This document shows positions 1 through 8,682 of a DNA stretch of 42,114 bases, piece by piece. A program made the translations under genes and the position numbers. Location of the stretch: IMG/VR virus record IMGVR_UViG_2585427728_000007, one strand, 5' to 3'. Source of the stretch: a virus. Taxonomy: Duplodnaviria; Heunggongvirae; Uroviricota; Caudoviricetes. Under the pieces are notes generated by a model that saw only the letters and a list, made by a program, of their open reading frames with translations, did not search any database and was not told the DNA's origin. Position 1 is the stretch's first letter. Every line of letters begins with the position of its first letter.

Positions 1-1158
1 ATGCTCACCGTTAAGCAGATTGAAGCAGCAAAGCCGAAAGAAAAACCATACCGCCTTCTCGATGGTAATGGCCTGTACCTTTATGTCCCTGTATCCGGGA
101 AAAAGGTATGGCAGCTTCGCTACAAGATTGACGGTAAGGAGAAAATCCTGACCGTAGGAAAATATCCGCTTATGACTTTGCAGGAAGCAAGGGATAAAGC
201 ATGGACCGCGAGGAAAGACATCTCGGTTGGCATCGATCCGGTAAAGGCGAAAAAGGCTTCGTCTAACAACAATTCATTTAGTGCGATTTACAAGGAATGG
301 TACGAGCACAAGAAGCAAGTCTGGTCAGTAGGCTATGCAACTGAACTTGCCAAAATGTTTGATGACGACATTTTACCCATCATCGGCGGCCTTGAGATTC
401 AGGATATTGAGCCGATGCAACTGCTGGAAGTAATCCGCAGATTTGAAGATCGCGGTGCAATGGAGCGAGCCAACAAAGCCCGCAGAAGATGCGGCGAGGT
501 TTTCCGTTACGCTATTGTCACCGGCAGGGCTAAATATAACCCAGCACCTGACCTTGCTGACGCCATGAAGGGATACCGCAAGAAGAACTTCCCGTTTCTT
601 CCTGCAGACCAGATCCCGGCATTTAACAAAGCACTGGCAACATTTTCAGGAAGTATCGTATCGCTCATTGCGACCAAAGTTTTACGCTACACAGCCCTCA
701 GAACAAAAGAGCTTCGTTCCATGCTATGGAAGAACGTCGATTTTGAAAACAGGATTATCACCATCGACGCCAATGTGATGAAGGGACGCAAGATTCATGT
801 GGTTCCGATGTCGGACCAGGTGGTTGAACTTCTCACTACGCTAAGCTCCATCACTAAACCAGTATCAGAGTTTGTTTTTGCCGGACGCAACGATAAGAAA
901 AAGCCAATCTGCGAGAACGCGGTGCTACTTGTGATCAAACAAATCGGCTATGAAGGTCTGGAAAGCGGTCACGGATTCAGGCATGAATTCAGCACGATTA
1001 TGAACGAGCACGAATGGCCTGCCGACGCCATTGAAGTGCAACTGGCACATGCCAACGGCGGTTCTGTGCGTGGAATTTACAACCATGCTCAGTATCTCGA
1101 TAAGCGCAGAGAAATGATGCAGTGGTGGGCGGATTGGCTTGATGGAAAGGTGGAGTAA
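1..1158 (+). CDS. int: Tyrosine recombinase / phage integrase (P4-type N-terminus)
   Basis: 385 aa ORF; N-terminus MLTVKQIEAAKPKEKPYRLLDGNGLYL typical of P4-like integrases; C-terminal catalytic region with GHGFRHEF and terminal Tyr motif (VRGIYNHAQY). ATG at nt 1. Confidence 0.9.
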   Translation: MLTVKQIEAAKPKEKPYRLLDGNGLYLYVPVSGKKVWQLRYKIDGKEKILTVGKYPLMTLQEARDKAWTARKDISVGIDPVKAKKASSNNNSFSAIYKEWYEHKKQVWSVGYATELAKMFDDDILPIIGGLEIQDIEPMQLLEVIRRFEDRGAMERANKARRRCGEVFRYAIVTGRAKYNPAPDLADAMKGYRKKNFPFLPADQIPAFNKALATFSGSIVSLIATKVLRYTALRTKELRSMLWKNVDFENRIITIDANVMKGRKIHVVPMSDQVVELLTTLSSITKPVSEFVFAGRNDKKKPICENAVLLVIKQIGYEGLESGHGFRHEFSTIMNEHEWPADAIEVQLAHANGGSVRGIYNHAQYLDKRREMMQWWADWLDGKVE

Positions 1159-1341
1159 TACTCCTTAACCACTATCGAAGAGCACAAAGCCTTGCAATCC
1201 AGTGCAAAGATTTGTGTGCCTCAGTTTTGTCTAAGTGTTCTACTGAAAACATAGTAAAATCGGCAACAGTTGGAAATCATTCAATACTCGCACTATCGAA
1301 AGTTCGCCAGCCAGCCGCAGCACGTTCTTGCATACGACGTG

Positions 1342-1724
<383 letters not shown>

Positions 1725-2159
1725 CTACGCATCCGGAGGATCAGGCCAGTTAATGTTTGGCGCGCTGGAGGTGTCTACTACTTCCAGCGCATCCAGGTAA
1801 TCCAGCCAAAGGTTATATCGTTCCAGTTCATCCGCCTTTAAACGGCCTATCGCTGCTTTTCCCGGCCACTGACGTTTGTTTATATAAACATTTGCCTCAT
1901 CAATGAGCTGCTGTCTCATATTCTCTGCATTCGATGCCATTTCCTCTGCGGTGGGTGGAGGAATTTCAAGCCAGCAGGGCATACCTGCATCATCCACTCC
2001 ACGATACTTACCTGCTGGCGGCTCATCGATAAACTCAAGATAAAGACTTTCGTCAACCTCCAAGGCATCAGAAGGCCATGAGTCTGCAGCAATATAGCTT
2101 TCCTTAAGCTCCCCGGCATAAAACGCATTTTCTGATGGAGAAAAATATTTCAGATTCAT
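1725..2159 (-). CDS. Tail fiber assembly protein (chaperone)
   Basis: 144 aa; C-terminal region ...MRQQLIDEANVYINKRQWPGKAAIGRLKADELERYNLWLDYLDALEVVD... is the conserved caudoviral tail-fiber assembly (Tfa) domain; sits immediately downstream of the tail fiber gene (stop TGA, one base, then ATG). Confidence 0.8.
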   Translation of the reverse strand: MNLKYFSPSENAFYAGELKESYIAADSWPSDALEVDESLYLEFIDEPPAGKYRGVDDAGMPCWLEIPPPTAEEMASNAENMRQQLIDEANVYINKRQWPGKAAIGRLKADELERYNLWLDYLDALEVVDTSSAPNINWPDPPDA

Positions 2160-2160
2160 T

Positions 2161-2877
2161 TCAGTACCCTATTGCAAGATAACGACCGTAACACAAATCA
2201 CTGTCACTACTGCGCGTCACTGCAGCACCCACTGAGTCAGCACGTAAGCTCATCGCCGTCGCAGTGATAGTGGTTCGGCTTGTTGGGGCAATTGCATATA
2301 CTGTCGGTCGTGCGGTTTGTATCACATTATCATGTGTTGCATATGCCTGCATAACCATAGTAGGAAAAGCAATCGGCAGATTAATATCCACAGTGCCGCC
2401 TGATCTCAGAGATGTCATTACTCCCCATTGCATAATAAGCGTCTTACGCGTACCGCCAATCATCATCGGAAATATGGCATATCCGGTTTCGCCCATACTA
2501 CCTGTCGCAACACCTGTAGCACTGATATCTCCTAAACCAAGGTTTTCGAGAGCCGTTTTCACCGTGCCATCCGATTTGATATCGCCAAACGGATTCTTGC
2601 GGCTCAGGTATTCAACAGCAAACCCCGATCCCAGCAATTCAACAAAACCGGGCAGATCACCATTATCAAGCACATCCCGTTGCGTTTTGTCACTTACAAA
2701 CTGGGCCAGAGCTGCAGCAATAAAGCTGGCCTGCCGAATAACCTTATTGACTTGCGCACTGGATGCTTTCCCTGCTGTAAATCCGGATAAAAGCGCAGGC
2801 AACGCTTCCCATTCCTCCTGCGACATAACATTGGCATTCCGATCAGTTGCAAACGCTTTAAAGTCATTTTTCGCCAT
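2161..2877 (-). CDS. Tail fiber protein
   Basis: Start taken at ATG 2877 (MAKNDFKAFATDRNANVMSQEEWEALPALLSGF...), which overlaps the stop of the upstream baseplate gene as TGATG; conserved tail-fiber N-terminal region followed by a variable C-terminal part; followed by a Tfa gene. Confidence 0.7.
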   Translation of the reverse strand: MAKNDFKAFATDRNANVMSQEEWEALPALLSGFTAGKASSAQVNKVIRQASFIAAALAQFVSDKTQRDVLDNGDLPGFVELLGSGFAVEYLSRKNPFGDIKSDGTVKTALENLGLGDISATGVATGSMGETGYAIFPMMIGGTRKTLIMQWGVMTSLRSGGTVDINLPIAFPTMVMQAYATHDNVIQTARPTVYAIAPTSRTTITATAMSLRADSVGAAVTRSSDSDLCYGRYLAIGY

Positions 2878-3557
2878 CAGAGTAATACTCCCCATGCCCC
2901 TACATCAAAACCACTGATGAATTCGTTATCCATATCAAAACCAAAAAATTTTGAACCTTCCGATGGAGTTTCCACCGAAGGTGTTTCAACGCTGCCAGCC
3001 CATACACCAGCAGCTTTAACGGTGAGATAACCCTGTTTGATAGCGGCTATCAGTTCGAGTGACACATCAGAAATATCAGTCTCAGGGAATACCCAGACCG
3101 ATATCGTCATGTCCTGGTTATCGACGATCTGCATCTTCAGTCCAGAGCCTGCGGTAGCAGCGTCAAGGATGGGAGGCAGAGAGTCGTTCCGACCATCCCA
3201 GTTGTTGATAGCGATTTTCGCTTTCAGAATGATGCGGTACGTCTCATCACTCAGCGTCGTATAGCCAGAATCAGGATCATATGGCCCTTGCCAGATGCCC
3301 TGGTCATATCCGAGCCCGTCAGTGTCCCAGCTGAAATAAACGCCGCTAATTGGCTGGCTGACTATACGACTACGCCCAATCCACAGGCCGAGGATATCGA
3401 GTTGCACGCCAACCGCCGTATCGATATCGAAGGCTGTTACAAGCCCTGACATAGTGCTGGACACATCAATCAGCGGGCGGGTGCTCAGATCTATATGGTC
3501 AAAAAAGAGTGGCTTGGTAGCATGGTAGTTAGTGATCAGTTCGGTGTATTTGCTCAT
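2877..3557 (-). CDS. Baseplate protein (Mu gp48 / P2 gpI-like position)
   Basis: Start taken at internal ATG 3557 (MSKYTELITNYH...), which forms an ATGA overlap with the stop of the J-like gene; position between baseplate J-like gene and tail fiber. Confidence 0.55.
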   Translation of the reverse strand: MSKYTELITNYHATKPLFFDHIDLSTRPLIDVSSTMSGLVTAFDIDTAVGVQLDILGLWIGRSRIVSQPISGVYFSWDTDGLGYDQGIWQGPYDPDSGYTTLSDETYRIILKAKIAINNWDGRNDSLPPILDAATAGSGLKMQIVDNQDMTISVWVFPETDISDVSLELIAAIKQGYLTVKAAGVWAGSVETPSVETPSEGSKFFGFDMDNEFISGFDVGAWGVLL

Positions 3558-4753
3558 GAGGTCACCGTGATAGTGACGTGACTCGCAACGCATGACGCAG
3601 ATTCGTCATAAGCAATATCGATATTTCCGCTTGCGACTGAGTCAGAGGATTTGCCGATGAGCAGCTCCTGAATGTCGTAATAGCGAGCACTGCCTCCGCT
3701 TACCACGCCAAGGTTTGCCGGGGAATAAATACGACTCAGCAGAACGTCATCGCCAATTGCCAGGCCATTTATATAATCGGCAACAGCCTGTTTAATCTGC
3801 TCGCCGATTTGAGAGGTATAGCCGGTAAAAACTTTCAGGGTAATGGCTACGAAAATTGGCACATCGGTAGAGCGCGAAAAACTGATGACGTGTGGATTAC
3901 CGTAAGTATCCGGCACCGTGACAGAAGTTTTACCGTAAGTTGCGGTTCCCTGCCCTTTACTCCCCCGGATTGTTTGGGCTATCTCGGTAACATCCCCTCC
4001 ATCGACGATGGCGGAAATAGAGTGTGGCGGCAGCCCGTTGCTGTCGGTTGCCCCAGTGTCGTTCTCATATAGTTTGTGACGTGTCACGCCAGCAACATTA
4101 GCGATAGCACCGTCGACACCTTCAAACGGTGTGATCGATGGTAGCGCGACGCTTTGCCCCTGCCGAATGCGCAGCTCTGCGTCGGTTTCGGCTGGTGAAC
4201 CGACAGTAGCCGCAACTGGATTGGTTACCGACACCCAACCTCGGGTCGGGGTGTTGATAGTGGTAATAGTCCCGGCCAGCGCCGCAACCGAACCGCTATT
4301 CGCACATGTGGCCGTCACCAGCACAGTACCATCAACGCCGATCGCCACACTCGCTGGAAAATTCCAGATAATGCCGTTTTTATCCCGTGCGGAGCCATTC
4401 GTGATAGTCGTGCCTGCCGTACCGGTTAACAGAAGGTCAGCAGTAGAGTTTGTCGCTACTTTTCGCGTGATCCCGTTAATTTTCACATTGTTGCTAAGCG
4501 CTGCGGCCTGCGCTGTCGTCGGTGAAAAAGAGTTGTAGATCTCGATAGCGGTATTGTTAGCGTCATGCACCGCAAGAGCCACCAGCGCGACCATTTGCCC
4601 ATCTTTGCTGTCTGGTTCGAGGTAGGCATCACTACCGTAAATCTGCCTGAAATAGCTGGTCAGTGTATCAAGGATTGTCTGGTAATCAGGCGCACTAATC
4701 CCCTGGGCGGTTACCGTTGCCGATAGCCCCAGCGTGTCGAGGTTCAAAGCCAT
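3554..4753 (-). CDS. Baseplate J-like protein (Mu gp47 / P2 gpJ family)
   Basis: 399 aa; size, composition and position (after W-like, before I-like and fiber) typical of baseplate J family proteins of contractile-tail phages. Confidence 0.7.
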   Translation of the reverse strand: MALNLDTLGLSATVTAQGISAPDYQTILDTLTSYFRQIYGSDAYLEPDSKDGQMVALVALAVHDANNTAIEIYNSFSPTTAQAAALSNNVKINGITRKVATNSTADLLLTGTAGTTITNGSARDKNGIIWNFPASVAIGVDGTVLVTATCANSGSVAALAGTITTINTPTRGWVSVTNPVAATVGSPAETDAELRIRQGQSVALPSITPFEGVDGAIANVAGVTRHKLYENDTGATDSNGLPPHSISAIVDGGDVTEIAQTIRGSKGQGTATYGKTSVTVPDTYGNPHVISFSRSTDVPIFVAITLKVFTGYTSQIGEQIKQAVADYINGLAIGDDVLLSRIYSPANLGVVSGGSARYYDIQELLIGKSSDSVASGNIDIAYDESASCVASHVTITVTS

Positions 4754-5107
4754 TTATGCCTCGCTTGTTACAGTCGTCTGGCCGTAGATTGTGTCAATGG
4801 AGGAAGTGAAGGTGACGCGACGGCTGGTGCCGTCATAATTGGTATCGAAGGAAAGAATCGACAGAACGCCCGGTGTATCCTGTATGCGTTCGCGTATAGC
4901 CAGGATGTAGACATCTGATCGCTGCTTCCCAAGCACTGACTGAACATACGGCGTGCCTTCCGTCAGATCGAGAAACCACTGACCGCGCCACAGCTCGAAA
5001 CGGGTTTTTACGGCCTGGGCGACACATTCCGGACTGTCGATAAGGAAAGTATCGTCACCCTGGCCGAAAGTGTAATCGCCTTCAGTATCTTCGCGACGGT
5101 ATCGCAT
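4754..5107 (-). CDS. Baseplate wedge protein (gp46 / W-like)
   Basis: 117 aa ORF directly upstream of the J-like gene; size and position as for P2 gpW / Mu gp46 family. Confidence 0.55.
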   Translation of the reverse strand: MRYRREDTEGDYTFGQGDDTFLIDSPECVAQAVKTRFELWRGQWFLDLTEGTPYVQSVLGKQRSDVYILAIRERIQDTPGVLSILSFDTNYDGTSRRVTFTSSIDTIYGQTTVTSEA

Positions 5108-5110
5108 AGA

Positions 5111-5749
5111 TTAACCTCCCAGCGGCTTAGTATTGCTTCCGCCGCTCTCAACGCCGCCATGGGTATGCTTATCCACGATAGAACCGTCCACCAGCTGCAA
5201 GTGACCGTCAGGCAGGATTTTGAGCCCGTTAAGGTTAAATCCGCCCGGTGCAGTGCCATTTATTGCCCCGCTGGATGGGTTAAGGCTTAACTTTGTGCCG
5301 CCGTCATCGCTGCGCAGCTCTACCGAACTGGTACTGATACCGCTGATTTTCCGTGCTTGCGACTGCGGGCCAACGATGGCGAACGCATCAGATAAGTCAT
5401 GCTGTCGAGGGTCGACTGTCTCCTGAACGCCGCCGCTCTGCCACCAGAAATCGATGCAACGGTCGGCAAAGATAAGCAGGCATTCGTCGCCTTCTTTTAC
5501 CGGAAAGGTCAGCGTGCAACCACCGCCGCGAGGAAAGATAACCGGCACATCCACCAGCGGTTTTAATTCGGTGGAGCCGTCGCCAACAATACCGCGAAGC
5601 GCCACCTCTGCTGTGCAGGTAACAGTATCAGGATCGAACGACTGAATGATGCCAGGCATCGCTACGCGCATCTGGGTAGACACCGAATCGGCAATGGCCT
5701 GCGCGGTCTGCTGCTCGCCGCCGATCTGTGATTGAGTTGGAATTGGCAT
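5111..5749 (-). CDS. Baseplate central spike / assembly protein (Mu gp45 / P2 gpV-like)
   Basis: Start taken at ATG 5749 (MPIPTQSQ...) preceded by GGAG; the 16-codon N-terminal extension in the ORF track would have to encode a terminator hairpin plus T-tract. Gly-rich C-terminus typical of spike proteins. Confidence 0.55.
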   Translation of the reverse strand: MPIPTQSQIGGEQQTAQAIADSVSTQMRVAMPGIIQSFDPDTVTCTAEVALRGIVGDGSTELKPLVDVPVIFPRGGGCTLTFPVKEGDECLLIFADRCIDFWWQSGGVQETVDPRQHDLSDAFAIVGPQSQARKISGISTSSVELRSDDGGTKLSLNPSSGAINGTAPGGFNLNGLKILPDGHLQLVDGSIVDKHTHGGVESGGSNTKPLGG

Positions 5750-5758
5750 AAAAACTCC

Positions 5759-5785
5759 ATAAAAAAACCCGCTCGGCGGCGGGTT
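5759..5785 (-). terminator. Rho-independent terminator (minus strand)
   Basis: Minus-strand reading AACCCGC-CGCCGA-GCGGGTT followed by TTTTTTTAT; 7 bp GC-rich stem. Lies at the lower-coordinate edge of the moron, just before the spike gene start. Confidence 0.6.
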
Positions 5786-5964
5786 ACTGTTCAAATGTCA
5801 GGGTTTGAGGGCTGATTTGTCCGTGCTATTTATCTTCTTTGCAGCCCTGAATGTAGGTCTTGCTTAAAACCACGGTAACGTCGTGGTTCGTAGCGAGATA
5901 CAGGCTGCCAAGAAAAAGCCGCAAGGCAATTTTTAGCTTCTCACGATAGGGGCCGGATACCTTT

Positions 5965-6315
5965 ATGCCAAAATCAGAAACAACCATAAAATTTACTCCA
6001 GCAATAGGCAAAGAATTGCTCTCCATAATCCAGGATAACATACCTGAAAGCGACTATAAAATACGCAGACGAATCAGAACTGCTGACTCAATTAATGCGG
6101 TTGGCACGCTCGTCGACATAACTATCATCGTAGCCACGTCGTCACCAGCTTGTATAGCCATTGCATCTATCGCAAGAAAATGGATACAGACCAGATCATC
6201 CAAAAAAATAACAATGACCACAGAGAAAGGTAAAATCGAAGTAGAAAACCTGACGTCAAAAGAACTGATTGAAGTAATGGAGCAGTGCAAGAACATCAGC
6301 TTCAAAGAGGAATAA
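5965..6315 (+). CDS. Hypothetical small membrane protein (moron gene, antisense to the tail operon)
   Basis: 116 aa ORF on the opposite strand to all flanking structural genes, in an AT-rich block; central hydrophobic segment AVGTLVDITIIVATSSPACIAIASIA; followed by a strong terminator. No recognisable family. Confidence 0.5.
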   Translation: MPKSETTIKFTPAIGKELLSIIQDNIPESDYKIRRRIRTADSINAVGTLVDITIIVATSSPACIAIASIARKWIQTRSSKKITMTTEKGKIEVENLTSKELIEVMEQCKNISFKEE

Positions 6316-6320
6316 CTTGG

Positions 6321-6349
6321 CGCGCCGGTCAACCCGGCGCTTTTTCTTT
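6321..6349. terminator. Rho-independent terminator between convergent moron genes
   Basis: CGCGCCGG-TCAAC-CCGGCGC followed by TTTTTCTTT on the plus strand; sits in the 38 bp gap between the plus-strand ORF (stop 6315) and the minus-strand ORF (stop 6354). Confidence 0.65.
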
Positions 6350-6353
6350 ATAC

Positions 6354-6704
6354 CTACTTCACCTTCACGCAGTCGTATGTTGCATACTGACGTGGTGCAT
6401 CCATGCTGGCTTGCAACCACTGTGCGTTGAGAATGGCTTTGCCGTTGCGCTTGATGTACTCAAGCCCAACCCAGCGGCCTGGTTGATTAGTTGCAACCGT
6501 CCATTCCATCTTGAGATTTTGATAATCTTCCTTGGCTTTCAGAAAGGTCATTTTCTGGTTTTCTGGCTTTACACCATTAATATGCATAAAACCGTCATTA
6601 CCTGCGGTGAGGCGATATGGCCCGCATTGGGTATCAGCCGTTGCAGTTGAAACTCCGACCAACGAAAGAACGGCTCCGCAGATAACATTCCTAATTTTTG
6701 TCAT
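6354..6704 (-). CDS. Hypothetical secreted (periplasmic) protein with Sec signal peptide
   Basis: 116 aa; N-terminus MTKIRNVICGAVLSLVGVSTATA/DTQ has the basic n-region, hydrophobic core and A-x-A cleavage site of an SPase I signal peptide; mature part has two Cys; ATG lies 1 nt after the stop of the upstream hub gene and follows a GGTG Shine-Dalgarno. Confidence 0.6.
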   Translation of the reverse strand: MTKIRNVICGAVLSLVGVSTATADTQCGPYRLTAGNDGFMHINGVKPENQKMTFLKAKEDYQNLKMEWTVATNQPGRWVGLEYIKRNGKAILNAQWLQASMDAPRQYATYDCVKVK

Positions 6705-6705
6705 A

Positions 6706-7770
6706 TCACACCTGTACTTTTAGGAGCGTCGACTGACTATATAATTCACGACTGCCACGCGCGAAACACATCAAATCCATGTACCACGCCTGACCTCTGG
6801 TGTCGCCAGTATAGTCGATAGCTTTGACGATATAAACGCCATCCGTCGCAATGCTGGCAGCCTGTGACGTCGTGCCGGTCAGCACACGGTTGCCGTTCTC
6901 TTCTGTTTCGGTGATACGCCCGGGCGACTGTGCGATTTCGCTATTGCCGAGCGCGGCGCGGTACACCGAAGCCTGATCGAGCTGGATAAGACCATTAATA
7001 CGGATGTTTGGGTTTATCAGGCACCGCACGTTTACTCCGCCGCCCATCGTTTGTTGCGGCATACCGATCAGGCCAGTATCGGCATTCAACACAATGGCTT
7101 CGTGAATATATTTATCCTCCGGCACCATCTGGACCTGACCATCCACCAGCTGCCATGTCGCTTTGCACTGCGCAGCAATATTATCCATCACGTTACGGGT
7201 GGATGAATAAATCGCACGGCCACGAGGAAACACGGTATCAGGAAAGTCACCGGTAATGCCCTGCGTCACGCCGAACGCGTTGAAATCCTGCATAGTCGCC
7301 CGGTGCAGGTCCGCAACGGTATAACCAGCGGCAAGCGTGGTGATGGTAGTCGCGTAGAGGAACGCTTCGTGGTTACTGATGGCCTGAATCAGCACCCAGG
7401 AATCGGTGATGTTGTCCTTCCCGGTGACGGTGAAGCGAATATCACCGTCAAATATCAGGCCGTAGTTCTGACCGTTCACCTGCCCTACCTGGTCTGGTGA
7501 AATCTCCCGGGCGACACCAACCTGGCTCGCATCAACATCCGGCGCAATACCGTCATACCCGGCAATGATGCGAATTTTTGCAAACTCCTGCCCCAGTATC
7601 TTGTTCGTGGTATCGGTCGAAAGGTTGTAAATTTTCACGTTCGCCACTCGCGGCCAGCGTGTATCTGCCCACTCGATCTGGAACGTGACCTTAAAGTTAG
7701 ACAGGGAAACGCCCTGCCCGTTCTGGTCCAACAGTTGCAGCTCAAAATGGCGCATCCAGTTAAGAGACAT
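6706..7770 (-). CDS. Baseplate hub protein (Mu gp44 / P2 gpD-like position)
   Basis: 354 aa ORF downstream of tape measure and two small tail genes; size and order as for Mu gp44 / P2 gpD. Confidence 0.55.
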   Translation of the reverse strand: MSLNWMRHFELQLLDQNGQGVSLSNFKVTFQIEWADTRWPRVANVKIYNLSTDTTNKILGQEFAKIRIIAGYDGIAPDVDASQVGVAREISPDQVGQVNGQNYGLIFDGDIRFTVTGKDNITDSWVLIQAISNHEAFLYATTITTLAAGYTVADLHRATMQDFNAFGVTQGITGDFPDTVFPRGRAIYSSTRNVMDNIAAQCKATWQLVDGQVQMVPEDKYIHEAIVLNADTGLIGMPQQTMGGGVNVRCLINPNIRINGLIQLDQASVYRAALGNSEIAQSPGRITETEENGNRVLTGTTSQAASIATDGVYIVKAIDYTGDTRGQAWYMDLMCFARGSRELYSQSTLLKVQV

Positions 7771-7772
7771 TT

Positions 7773-8078
7773 CTACTCCTGTACGAAAATGAGGTGGCTG
7801 TATGTGCCGAGGTTGGTTTTGGTGGGCTCGTCTGGTGCGCCCTTATCGGTCGCCACCACCAGCGCGCCATCAATGCCAAGCTGTGGATATTGTCGTAAAA
7901 GGTTTACGCCGGTCAGTAGAGGTACGCCAGAGAGAAGCGCGGCACCGCCGCTATCCATCACGTCCATAATCCAGCCAGCCGCATCACGCCAGATGATCCT
8001 GAGTGTATACGTGGTATTGCCCAGCAAAACGCGGAACTGCTGATTGTCAGGAGAAAGCGGTATTTCGTTAAACTGCAT
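7773..8078 (-). CDS. Hypothetical tail protein
   Basis: 101 aa ORF tightly packed between tail genes; no recognisable motif. Confidence 0.45.
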   Translation of the reverse strand: MQFNEIPLSPDNQQFRVLLGNTTYTLRIIWRDAAGWIMDVMDSGGAALLSGVPLLTGVNLLRQYPQLGIDGALVVATDKGAPDEPTKTNLGTYSHLIFVQE

Positions 8079-8079
8079 A

Positions 8080-8682
8080 TCATCCCCCGAATGCTGATGT
8101 AACGCTTCCGCCCAGCTGGCTCAGCAAGGATTCGTTTGGCGGTGTAGTGGATTTCATCCCGGAATTCTGCACCGCCGATGTGCTGACGCCATCCTGCATA
8201 TCTGATTTATCTGCAACGCTAACGCTCTGCGTCTGCGACATGATCACTTCACGCAGGGTAAGCGTGCAGTTCAGCACGTTCTCGCTGGTTTTATCCGTTG
8301 TCACCTCGATGGCTCGCACCAGCATATTGCTGTAAACCCGCTTTCCGGTCACTACATCGAACGGCACCCGAGAGGACTGTAGATCCAGTAGTTGCTGATA
8401 GGTCTCTTTCGGGCTAAGTCCGGCGCTGAGGCCGATTGACAATGTATCAATGAAGTCCAGCAACGAACCGCCACCAGCGAAGCCGCATTCCATTGTGACT
8501 TCGCTGGGGCGCTTATACGCATGATCGGCGATGAAGCCCGAAGCGCTATTCGTTGTTGGCTTCTCCACCGGGTGCTCAGTAATTTCGAGCGCATCAGAAT
8601 GCTTTTCGGAGACGACCACGCTGGGGATCAGCAGGCCAATTCGCCGGGATTGCTGGCGAAAAATCGCTGATAAAATATCCAT
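8080..8682 (-). CDS. Hypothetical tail protein (downstream of tape measure)
   Basis: 200 aa ORF whose start is adjacent to the tape measure stop; position comparable to Mu gp43. Confidence 0.45.
   Translation of the reverse strand: MDILSAIFRQQSRRIGLLIPSVVVSEKHSDALEITEHPVEKPTTNSASGFIADHAYKRPSEVTMECGFAGGGSLLDFIDTLSIGLSAGLSPKETYQQLLDLQSSRVPFDVVTGKRVYSNMLVRAIEVTTDKTSENVLNCTLTLREVIMSQTQSVSVADKSDMQDGVSTSAVQNSGMKSTTPPNESLLSQLGGSVTSAFGG

Noticed and set aside
1-1158. Idea that the integrase belongs to a separate neighbouring element rather than to this phage
   Set aside because: The window ends exactly at the stop of an AlpA/Xis-like gene and begins exactly at the int ATG, which fits a single circularly permuted genome better; cannot be excluded without flanking sequence.
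2264-2917. 217 aa plus-strand ORF antisense to the tail fibre gene
   Set aside because: Lies entirely within a well-supported minus-strand structural gene; low-complexity translation and no ribosome-binding site; treated as a shadow ORF.
5750-5794. N-terminal 15-codon extension of the spike gene (MNSNPPPSGFFYGVF)
   Set aside because: The codons are the reverse-strand reading of a terminator hairpin and A/T tract; the internal ATG at 5749 has a GGAG ribosome-binding site.
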